A stretch of 41,295 nt of DNA from Pseudomonadota bacterium (GTDB taxonomy: Bacteria > Bdellovibrionota > Bdellovibrionia > Bdellovibrionales > SG-bin7): contig JAWXAY010000049.1 of the NCBI GenBank assembly GCA_034439715.1, positions 1 to 41,295 of the forward strand. Reading direction: 5' to 3'. Each line of letters starts with the position of its first letter. The first letter of the stretch is position 1. Below the pieces are notes generated by a model that searched no databases, was not told the DNA's origin, and saw only the letters and a program-made list of their open reading frames with translations. Positions 1 through 7,392 of the stretch are shown here, one piece after another. A program made the position numbers and the translations under genes.

Positions 1-900
1 CCCTCTGTATATATAAGTCAATTTGGCGTTTCCAAAGAGCGCATGGGCAAGTTCGCGCTGTGATCGGAGATTAAATGACCAGCCCACGTTGAGATAGATT
101 TCGTTCTCTAGACGAAACATTTCAAATTTGATCTTGTTAGCGAGAGTCTTTGCCCGGCCAAAATTGAAAGGCAGACCACGCCAATTCAAACCAATTATAC
201 CCATGATAAAAGGCGTCTCCGTTTTTTCGAAATAGTGCCATTCCGAAGACGAGGCGATGCCACGAAGGTGAAAAAATAATTGCAGGGTGAGTTCTGTATC
301 CTTGCAATTGTATTCGAGTAGGCTTGCCAAATTGGCCAATCGAATATTGCCATCGCCTATCGTTTCCCTAAAGCCCTTATGATCAATCGCCAAATATTCT
401 CGAGCGAGATACTTCAGCGAGTGACAGCGCTCCATTCGCGGATCAGCATGACTGATAAATTTATTGTTGCGCAACGCTCGCGACAAGGCTTGGGTATCGT
501 AGATTTTGCAGAAATCCTTTAGATTGAACCGATAGTTGCTTGGGTTAGCTCGAGCAGTGGGTAATATCTGATGATATCTCCTTAATAGCAGTGGCAGATC
601 AAATGCAGCATTGTGAAAGACAATTATCCCGGTGTAAGCCGGATTTAAAAGCGTGACCTGGATTGCTTTTTTAAAGATTCCGTCGGACGGTTCCGTCTTT
701 TGATCGAAGCGATCCAGGTGGAACGCGGCGGAGAAAATAGTTTTTCCCTCATCATAACTCCATCCGATGGATGCGGTAAGAATTTCTGTGTCTATTTCGA
801 GCCCGGTCGTTTCCACATCGATACTAATATATGGCGGTGGTTCTCGAATAAAATTTTGAAGATCGATGTCTCCTGCATTGATTTTACTTTGGGTTAACAT
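1..900 (-). CDS. Family A DNA polymerase, 3'-5' exonuclease domain plus start of polymerase domain (3'-truncated by window edge; not in ORF track)
   Basis: Hand translation from ATG at 900 (GAGGT SD just upstream) is open for 300 codons: MLTQSKINAG...ISIDVETTGLE (ExoI)...VFHNAAFDL (ExoII)...HSLKYLAREYL...YNCKDTELT (ExoIII)...LENEIYLNVGWSFNLRSQRELAHALF (PolA thumb-like motif). Confidence 0.9.
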   Translation of the reverse strand, partial: MLTQSKINAGDIDLQNFIREPPPYISIDVETTGLEIDTEILTASIGWSYDEGKTIFSAAFHLDRFDQKTEPSDGIFKKAIQVTLLNPAYTGIIVFHNAAFDLPLLLRRYHQILPTARANPSNYRFNLKDFCKIYDTQALSRALRNNKFISHADPRMERCHSLKYLAREYLAIDHKGFRETIGDGNIRLANLASLLEYNCKDTELTLQLFFHLRGIASSSEWHYFEKTETPFIMGIIGLNWRGLPFNFGRAKTLANKIKFEMFRLENEIYLNVGWSFNLRSQRELAHALFGNAKLTYIYRG

Positions 901-2497
901 CGAGAACCTCATTTCCATTATTATTTTGACTGCGCCGTTCGGCTAAAAATTCGATAAATTCCTTTAGTTCGTCTGGAGACGTATCTCCAAAAGCGTCATA
1001 TAGGGCTCGCCCCTTTTCCCTAATAACTTTATCTTCCAGATCTAGACTTTCAAAAACGGAGCGAAATACTTTATTGCAGAAGTCTTTAAAGGTGATTGGC
1101 TGTGGTGTGGGACCATATTTCTGTATTTCCTCAAGGACATTGAATTCCAAAATATTTTTGATACTAAAATAAATACGGTAACGGGGATGCTGTTCCACCT
1201 GACCAGAGCGAGATTTGAAAACCATCTTGCCTATAAATTCACTTTGATACCAATCGTTGAATTGCGCCGATGCATCCGTGAAGGTTGTCGTGCTCGCTGG
1301 CTTATAATCAGGAAAACCAAAATATTCGACCCGAAGGCCTATTGATTTGAGAAGCCGCCACCTAACACAATAGGAGAGCATGAAGCTCTTACGGACCCAG
1401 TCAAAATATGGCGAATCAAATTCGAGGTTGTTCATTGGCGACTCGTAATTCGGATCAATGTCTTTGCTTTTTACTTGAATGAACCCACCATGGTGAAAGG
1501 GCTTGATTCGCTTTAGATGACTCCGGGCGGAGAAGTACATAATCTGCGATTTATATTCAAATTCGGCGAGTCGCTTAATGTTTCGGGTATCGATGTTCCG
1601 TTGGTTGAACCTGAATGCGGGCAATCTTATATCGTGGGAAGTGGTTCGATCAATTTTCCATTCCTGATCGTTATCTTCGCCACGAGTTTGGGTTACTACA
1701 CCCTCGTCACGTGCGGCGGCCTCCGCTAATGCGACCACATGGTCAGAATCATAAATGTCCGTCCATTGATAAATTGGTTTTCCGTCGTAATCCGGAGGAT
1801 GCGATCTCAGCAGCCTTACATCTTCTATATATTCTTGATATTTCTCATGGAATACGGTGATCGCTTTGGTATCGGTCCCAAGTATTCGTACCAGCTCGTT
1901 TGCGCAAAAACCATATCGATAAATTGCGTGATCAAGGTTCGGTTTGAGCGGCTTGGCTTTGAGATCTGCTATTCCCATGAGGCCGCAAAAGAAATGATCT
2001 GAGATTGCTATCTTGTAGTCTCGATCCAGCTTTCTCCCTTCCTCTGATTGGGCTTTCCCAATGACATTGCGGAAGCGCTTAAAATCCTCGTAAGTGAGAG
2101 CGGAGTTTGCCATTAAAAGTAGTTTGAGTGAAAGCACGCGTGATAAATGGGAGTCAAGCTTACTCATTGACAGTTCCCTCATACGTGAAGAGTGCTCCTG
2201 GACTTGTTCCTTGGTTGCGTCGGAAAGCACAATGCAGTCAATATTCTGATTCGGATTATCAGCGTGAACCGTTTGATGACCTTTAAAGCACGCGTAATTT
2301 TCGACTAAAAAATATTGATTTTGATCTCGCCAGACGCGGATGTATTCCGTGAATGCATAGTCATGCAGGATTTCGATGTACCCCCTGACAATCTGTTCGT
2401 CGGCTGTGGCGACATTTGTAACTTCCAACGCATCAGGAGTAAGCTCCGGATCTATATGAATGGAATTGAGCGGGAGGAGATTGGTTTCAACTTTCAT
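884..2497 (-). CDS. Hypothetical protein with degenerate N-terminal ParB/Srx-like domain
   Basis: 537-aa ORF, ATGA-coupled to upstream gene. N-terminus LLPLNSIHIDPEL...IRVWRDQNQYFLVENYACF...IDCIVL follows the ParB N-domain pattern but lacks DGxHR. Confidence 0.55.
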   Translation of the reverse strand: MKVETNLLPLNSIHIDPELTPDALEVTNVATADEQIVRGYIEILHDYAFTEYIRVWRDQNQYFLVENYACFKGHQTVHADNPNQNIDCIVLSDATKEQVQEHSSRMRELSMSKLDSHLSRVLSLKLLLMANSALTYEDFKRFRNVIGKAQSEEGRKLDRDYKIAISDHFFCGLMGIADLKAKPLKPNLDHAIYRYGFCANELVRILGTDTKAITVFHEKYQEYIEDVRLLRSHPPDYDGKPIYQWTDIYDSDHVVALAEAAARDEGVVTQTRGEDNDQEWKIDRTTSHDIRLPAFRFNQRNIDTRNIKRLAEFEYKSQIMYFSARSHLKRIKPFHHGGFIQVKSKDIDPNYESPMNNLEFDSPYFDWVRKSFMLSYCVRWRLLKSIGLRVEYFGFPDYKPASTTTFTDASAQFNDWYQSEFIGKMVFKSRSGQVEQHPRYRIYFSIKNILEFNVLEEIQKYGPTPQPITFKDFCNKVFRSVFESLDLEDKVIREKGRALYDAFGDTSPDELKEFIEFLAERRSQNNNGNEVLDVNPK

Positions 2498-2820
2498 GTC
2501 GAGCCATTTCTAGACATGGTGTCTATCTTAATCCCTTTGGTTTTCTGCTCGACTGAATCATCGTTTTTCTTAAGAGGATTCCTTTCGTTAATTCTCTCAG
2601 CCATCGTGAAGATGTAATCAAAATAAGTGGACATCAAATTGGCATACACGCCGAAATCCTTAAATTCGAAATTAGGTTTCCTGGAATGCTTAGCCAAAAT
2701 GGCCATGCAATGGATATCGGCCATAAGCCTGTAAAATATTTTTCTGCACTCGAAAGTGGCTACTTCGATTTCAAGTAAATCCACATTGTCGTTATCAATA
2801 TATTTTTTCATTTTTTTCAT
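2494..2820 (-). CDS. Hypothetical protein (108 aa)
   Basis: ATGA overlaps at both ends, with the ATPase stop and the ParB-like start, support a real operon member. No recognisable motif. Confidence 0.7.
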   Translation of the reverse strand: MKKMKKYIDNDNVDLLEIEVATFECRKIFYRLMADIHCMAILAKHSRKPNFEFKDFGVYANLMSTYFDYIFTMAERINERNPLKKNDDSVEQKTKGIKIDTMSRNGST

Positions 2821-3881
2821 GATTGTACTTTCCCTTCGTACTGCCCACCTGGGCCGTTACCTTCACCATTGGATGCCTGTGTGATCGCCAATTGGGCTGG
2901 ATTTTTGGACTTTGTGCCGCGCCGCTGAGATGGGACGGGGGATTTGGGAAGAACGGCTTCAATTGCTGCCCTAAGATTATCGTCCACCATCTGGCATACA
3001 CCAGAGTCGCAGCCTTTCGTAATTTCTAGGCGCTTGCACAGATCAAAGTAGCTGCTGCGGGAGAGGCCCGTAAGTCGTGTAAATACCTGAACACGATCTG
3101 CCTTCGGCAAACTGGCGGCATCGCACATATCGATGATCGTACATATCAAACTATATTGAGGATCTGCTTCGACGAGATTTGCGACACCCGTTTCCCATGA
3201 ACTCGGAGAGCCTTTCATAATGGCCACGGCTTTTTCAAACAGCCTTAGATCAAAACCCGTGCATCCAGGATGCAGATGCTGGTTGAGATATTCGATCAGA
3301 GCTGTCATCTGAATCGGTTCAATCCCATATCTGTCGGGTACCTTAGCAAATTGATTGATAAGATATTTCTTCTCCTCAAAAGTCAGGGCGTAGCAATAGG
3401 CGAGAAGCCTGCTGGCGAGCGCCTGTGCGTGTGGAGATTCTTCGGAATCATATTGATTTGTTAGGATGATAACCTTTCCCTCAAAATCAAACTCCCGTAC
3501 CGGCAGACCTTCCCTCTTTAAGATCGCATCTGAAACATTAATCCTGATCGTCCGTTTCCCCGTTCGTGGATCAGGTGCAAGTACGCACTTAAATAATGTT
3601 TGAATCAGGCTATTTCGACTGTGAGAAGTGTCGTCGATAAGTATCAGTGCGTTCCGATTTTCATAAAGACTTCGAGCAAGGGCAAGGGGTGCATTATGAA
3701 GCGCGAATGGAACGTAATCGACGCCCGCTTCTTTGAGGATACCCTGAACCAAGCTGGTCTTCCCGTGACCCGCAGGCCCGTGGATACAGCTATTGCCGGA
3801 ACCTTTTACTGTCGCCATAATATTTTGATTTACGATTTCCCGTTTGTGATTAAGTGAGACCTCAGGATTAAGGTTTGCCAT
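2817..3881 (-). CDS. AAA+ P-loop ATPase with C-terminal HTH-like motif
   Basis: Walker A IHGPAGHGKT, Walker B LILIDD, sensor-1 IILTN, Arg finger ALASR, C-terminal FTRLTGLSRSSYF; GGAGG SD. Confidence 0.85.
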   Translation of the reverse strand: MANLNPEVSLNHKREIVNQNIMATVKGSGNSCIHGPAGHGKTSLVQGILKEAGVDYVPFALHNAPLALARSLYENRNALILIDDTSHSRNSLIQTLFKCVLAPDPRTGKRTIRINVSDAILKREGLPVREFDFEGKVIILTNQYDSEESPHAQALASRLLAYCYALTFEEKKYLINQFAKVPDRYGIEPIQMTALIEYLNQHLHPGCTGFDLRLFEKAVAIMKGSPSSWETGVANLVEADPQYSLICTIIDMCDAASLPKADRVQVFTRLTGLSRSSYFDLCKRLEITKGCDSGVCQMVDDNLRAAIEAVLPKSPVPSQRRGTKSKNPAQLAITQASNGEGNGPGGQYEGKVQS

Positions 3882-4215
3882 TGTTCATTTCCTCCGATTG
3901 ATTTTCATGTTTTCTTAGAATGTATTGCTTTGGACTGTTCTCACCTTTAACGGTGGATAATCGAAATAGGTGCCGCCCGTTAACGATCAAGCACTCGACA
4001 TTCATTTTACCGAGGACTCGCCCAACGGCTGCGTCAGCCACGTTTTGATAAAATCCGGAAATGCGGACCAGCGTGGCGATCTGGCTGAGCGTCAAATAGA
4101 TATCCGGTCGGTCCACATATAAAGTCGCGATTCGATAAGCTGCTTGCAGCAGTTTCCGTTCATCAACTTCTTTGCCATCCTTATAGTGATATGTGCGTGA
4201 TCGATTGTGAGCCAT
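3868..4215 (-). CDS. Small putative winged-helix DNA-binding protein, first gene of leftward operon
   Basis: AAGGAG SD. LTLSQIATLV...DAAVGRVLGKMNVECLIVNGRHLFRL resembles helix-helix-wing. Overlaps ATPase start. Confidence 0.6.
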   Translation of the reverse strand: MAHNRSRTYHYKDGKEVDERKLLQAAYRIATLYVDRPDIYLTLSQIATLVRISGFYQNVADAAVGRVLGKMNVECLIVNGRHLFRLSTVKGENSPKQYILRKHENQSEEMNNGKP

Positions 4216-4290
4216 CAGATCTCCTTTGGTTTGCCGTGATGAGATATCACTGAGCCCTCGAAGAAGTACTAAATCTGAATTCGGAAATAC

Positions 4291-4307
4291 CCCTGGCGCT
4301 TGCTACT
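4291..4307 (-). repeat. Left copy of 17-bp inverted repeat (minus strand AGTAGCAAGCGCCAGGG)
   Basis: CCCTGGCGCTTGCTACT at 4291-4307 is the exact reverse complement of 5383-5399. Confidence 0.95.
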
Positions 4308-4319
4308 TTTCAGAAACTT

Positions 4320-5387
4320 TTGGCCTGGCCCGTTCATTTAATATTGTGTAATCTGAGTGCTGTGAAAAAAAGCCGTATACCGAAATCTGATGAGTTCAAT
4401 TTCTTTGAGATTTTTGGGGGAGATCCAGAATCTTCTCCCTTTTCTGTATTTTGGCAGCTGGGTCCGAAGAAAAATCCTAAGAAAACGGTGCGGATATATC
4501 AGGAGTCTAGAAAGCTTGAGTTTCTGAAAGACCCTCTCACTAGAGAAATGCATGAATATACCGCCGGAGTGATGGGCGTACCATTTGACAGATACTTAAG
4601 AGGATTGATCGATTTTTGGATCGAGTATTTGTTAAGTCTGAACGATGTACCAAGAGCACAAAAACAACTAATTATTAAGGAGTCTAAGGCAGCTCCAGAG
4701 CACATTTTCCGGTATGGTGAAAATCTTGGCAAATATAAGATATTTCGGTTTTCAAATCGTCAGTTTTTGCCGTCTCAAATTTCGACCAATTTTATTTTAG
4801 ATAAGCGGGGAAAGGAAATTGAAGTCGAGCTGCGCCTTCCGAAAAATCTTGGCAAGGCTATCAATCAGCATTTTTCAAAAAACAAAAATGGCCCGTCCAT
4901 TCAAGTATTTTTGAGGCGCCTGTTTGAGCGATTTCTCATCGCTAATGGTTTGGAATATATTCAAATAGATTTTGATAAAAAATCACATGAGCATTTGGAG
5001 AATCAAATTCAAAGAATTTGCGAAATAAAAGCTTGGAAACCTTGTAAGTTTAAATCTCCGCCCATACTCAATACTGCTAAAGAGTTCGACCATGAATTTC
5101 TTGCCTGTAGCTATTTAATAGAACAATCCGTAGACCGCCTCATCGCCTTTAACAGGTGTGTTGAAATAAAGAAGGTGATCACGCTGAGGTCTGGGTACGA
5201 TCCCTTTAGAGTGGCTTTGCATTACATTTCATATGTATTTTGGAGTACTCCGAGCAGCTTCTTATCTCTTTTAGTTTTGCAGGAATATCGTGCTTTTGAC
5301 CGTGACGGATTTATTTTCATTTCTGAAAGACTTGGGGCGAAATCGATCAGTGCCTTCATAGAGAAAGTAATTGAATCAAAACAGTAG
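4320..5387 (+). CDS. Hypothetical protein with 3-4 ribbon-helix-helix-like modules (putative regulator); start may be GTG 4362
   Basis: RHH-like segments RKLEFLKDPLTREMHEYTAGVMGVPFDRYLRGLI, EVELRLPKNLGKAINQHFSKNKNGPSIQVFLRRLFERF and VITLRSGYDPFRVALHYISYVFWSTPSSFLSLLV. Stop TAG lies inside the right repeat. Confidence 0.6.
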   Translation: MAWPVHLILCNLSAVKKSRIPKSDEFNFFEIFGGDPESSPFSVFWQLGPKKNPKKTVRIYQESRKLEFLKDPLTREMHEYTAGVMGVPFDRYLRGLIDFWIEYLLSLNDVPRAQKQLIIKESKAAPEHIFRYGENLGKYKIFRFSNRQFLPSQISTNFILDKRGKEIEVELRLPKNLGKAINQHFSKNKNGPSIQVFLRRLFERFLIANGLEYIQIDFDKKSHEHLENQIQRICEIKAWKPCKFKSPPILNTAKEFDHEFLACSYLIEQSVDRLIAFNRCVEIKKVITLRSGYDPFRVALHYISYVFWSTPSSFLSLLVLQEYRAFDRDGFIFISERLGAKSISAFIEKVIESKQ

Positions 5388-5399
5388 CAAGCGCCAGGG
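5383..5399 (+). repeat. Right copy of 17-bp inverted repeat AGTAGCAAGCGCCAGGG
   Basis: Exact reverse complement of 4291-4307. Confidence 0.95.
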
Positions 5400-5432
5400 T
5401 TCATGTTTGCTGGAAGATAGTATTTTGAACTG

Positions 5433-5714
5433 GTGCATTGCAATTCAAAAAAAATCTGCTGTTCATGTAGCAGAGAATTATTTCTAACTGAATTTTATAC
5501 CAAAGGCCATGGTCGCTGGAGCGCCTCATGCCGTGCATGTGAACTTGCCAGAAAAAAAGAGCGATGGTTAAAAAATAAGCGAAAGAAGTCTCGGACTCGA
5601 AGTAAGAACGTCATCGATGTAGACATCTGTCAAATTTCTTTCAGCGGCAACCCTCATTGGGAAACGGTTGAGGAATATTTAAAGGATCTACTAAATGGCA
5701 CAAGCAAAGACTGA
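5433..5714 (+). CDS. Small basic zinc-ribbon protein (CxxC...CxxC)
   Basis: CCSC...FYTK...CRAC followed by a Lys/Arg-rich helix. Overlaps recombinase start by 20 nt. Confidence 0.7.
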   Translation: MHCNSKKICCSCSRELFLTEFYTKGHGRWSASCRACELARKKERWLKNKRKKSRTRSKNVIDVDICQISFSGNPHWETVEEYLKDLLNGTSKD

Positions 5715-7296
5715 CACTTCAAATTTAATTAAGAGAGTTGCCATTTTATGTAGGGCTTCGACTCAAGAGCTTGCAGAAGCAGAAACACTCCGGCAGCAAG
5801 AAAATATTTGCCGTGAGTACGCCGAATCACTTTCTAGACAAACCGGCATAACTCATAAAATTGTGCATATCTTGGTGGAAGAAGGCGTTAGTGGGGCTTC
5901 GAAAAAACGACCGAAATTTGAACAGCTAAAACATTTGATAAAAACGAAACAAATTGATGGGGTGATTACAAAGGAGCTTTCGCGCCTGAGCAGATCCCTT
6001 TCCAGTTTTGTGGCCTTCTGTAGCCTGTGCAAGCAGCATGGAGTTTTTTTACACATTACAAACCTTCCTGACCTAAATCCAAATACCGCTACAGGCTCTA
6101 TGGTTTTGTCCGTGCTTGCGTCTATGTCCGTTTTTGAAAGAGAGATTTGCATTGAGCGAGTGAAAGATACTCTTCGGTCGGCGGCCCTGCGGGATTCCAA
6201 AATCAATGGCGGTTCAGTGATTTATGGATTTCGTAGGCACGAAACTAAAAAGGGTTGTTGGGTACCAGACGAAGAGGAACTTAAGAATATTGAGTTTATG
6301 ATGAAGACTTTCATTGAAGTCGGCAGCATCACGAAAGCAATTAATATTTCCACAAAATATGGAATTCGTAATAAAAATGGAAACAAATTCGACTGTACGT
6401 CACTGAGAAAACTTTTTGAAAACCGAAAACTCGTAGGCGAACTACGAGTGGTTCATGGCGACAGCGACGAATTGGAAACTTTTGTTCCGCTCCCCTTTGG
6501 GGCGGTTGTTGAAACCACCCTATTTGAAAAGGTTCAGAAGCAACTGGCGGTCAATGATTCAGCAAGAGCAAATCTCAATCGACGTGGCAATAAAGTTTAT
6601 CTATTCACAGGCCTTCTTTATCACACCAATGGTGCATCCTATGCTGGCCAGTCCGCGATCTGTCGGAATGGTCAAAGAAAAAATTATTACTTCGAATCCG
6701 CAACTAAATCCCGAATTGATGCCGACAGGCTTGAAGAAAAAGTTCTTAAAGATTTATGCAAATCCATTGAAAGTGAAGTTGAACTTGAAAAGCACATCAA
6801 AACGATTTCAGACACCCGCGATAAGAAGGTGAATATTATCGCTTCTGAAATTAAACGTCGCCGGAGCGAGCTAGAAGATATCGCAAAGAAGGAGTTCGAC
6901 ATTGTGAAGGGAATATCTGCTCTGGGCACACAAGGATCGCCGACAACTTTGAAATGGCTGGAGGAGCAGGTTAACCTTGTTTCAAGGGCCAAGAACAACT
7001 GCGGTGAACGCTTGTCAGAGCTTGAGCAAGAAAGAGAGCAACTATTGAAAGCCGACGTGAATCTTAAAAAACACCAGAATCAGGCGTTGGAAATTTTTCG
7101 TCGAATGAAAAAAGCCGATCCCGTAAGACAGCGACAATTCCTTAGACAAGTGCTTGAAAAAGTTGAAATTTCCCCCTCGGGGGAGGTTCGTATAATTTGG
7201 AAATTTTCTGGAGTGTTCACCGGTCCGGAGGAAATGGTTGCGTCCGGACAAAATTGGCTCAGGAGGAGGGATTCGAACCCCCGACCAGCCGGTTAA
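5695..7296 (+). CDS. Large serine recombinase (integrase)
   Basis: Resolvase catalytic domain LCRAST, EEGVSGA..KRPKF, LSRLSR, ERE.I.ER; recombinase domain YGF; coiled coil; 533 aa. Confidence 0.95.
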   Translation: MAQAKTDTSNLIKRVAILCRASTQELAEAETLRQQENICREYAESLSRQTGITHKIVHILVEEGVSGASKKRPKFEQLKHLIKTKQIDGVITKELSRLSRSLSSFVAFCSLCKQHGVFLHITNLPDLNPNTATGSMVLSVLASMSVFEREICIERVKDTLRSAALRDSKINGGSVIYGFRRHETKKGCWVPDEEELKNIEFMMKTFIEVGSITKAINISTKYGIRNKNGNKFDCTSLRKLFENRKLVGELRVVHGDSDELETFVPLPFGAVVETTLFEKVQKQLAVNDSARANLNRRGNKVYLFTGLLYHTNGASYAGQSAICRNGQRKNYYFESATKSRIDADRLEEKVLKDLCKSIESEVELEKHIKTISDTRDKKVNIIASEIKRRRSELEDIAKKEFDIVKGISALGTQGSPTTLKWLEEQVNLVSRAKNNCGERLSELEQEREQLLKADVNLKKHQNQALEIFRRMKKADPVRQRQFLRQVLEKVEISPSGEVRIIWKFSGVFTGPEEMVASGQNWLRRRDSNPRPAG

Positions 7297-7329
7297 CAGC
7301 CGGCTGCTCTACCACTGAGCTACTCCTGA
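7255..7329 (-). tRNA. tRNA-Asn (GTT)
   Basis: Reverse complement TCAGGAGTAGCTCAGTGGTAGAGCAGCCGGCT-GTT-AACCGGCTGGTCGGGGGTTCGAATCCCTCCTCCTGAGCCA folds as a cloverleaf with encoded CCA. Confidence 0.97.
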
Positions 7330-7392
7330 ACATAAGAAAACAGTGGAATATCAGCCTACTATAGCTAAATTTTATTGTCTATTTTTTAGAGA

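Larger units (their letters stand above)
1..7296. mobile_element. Integrative element (left part outside window) at the 3' end of tRNA-Asn; carries large serine recombinase and a PolA replication-like operon
   Basis: Large serine recombinase abuts and overlaps the tRNA-Asn 3' half. Cargo is non-housekeeping (PolA without 5' nuclease, AAA+ ATPase, ParB-like). Housekeeping genes resume right of the tRNA. The second att site is not in the window. Confidence 0.88.

Noticed and set aside
700..897. 65-aa plus-strand ORF in the track
   Set aside because: Antisense shadow of the PolA gene, which has clear motifs and an SD.
1517..3857. Several short plus-strand ORFs and minus ORF 2795-3001
   Set aside because: They overlap the coupled minus-strand operon, have no motifs and add nothing to the gene layout.
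4291..5399. Interpreting the 17-bp inverted repeat unit as an insertion sequence
   Set aside because: The enclosed protein shows no DDE, HUH or recombinase motif, and there is no flanking target duplication (AATAC left, TTCAT right). Not fully excluded without a profile search.
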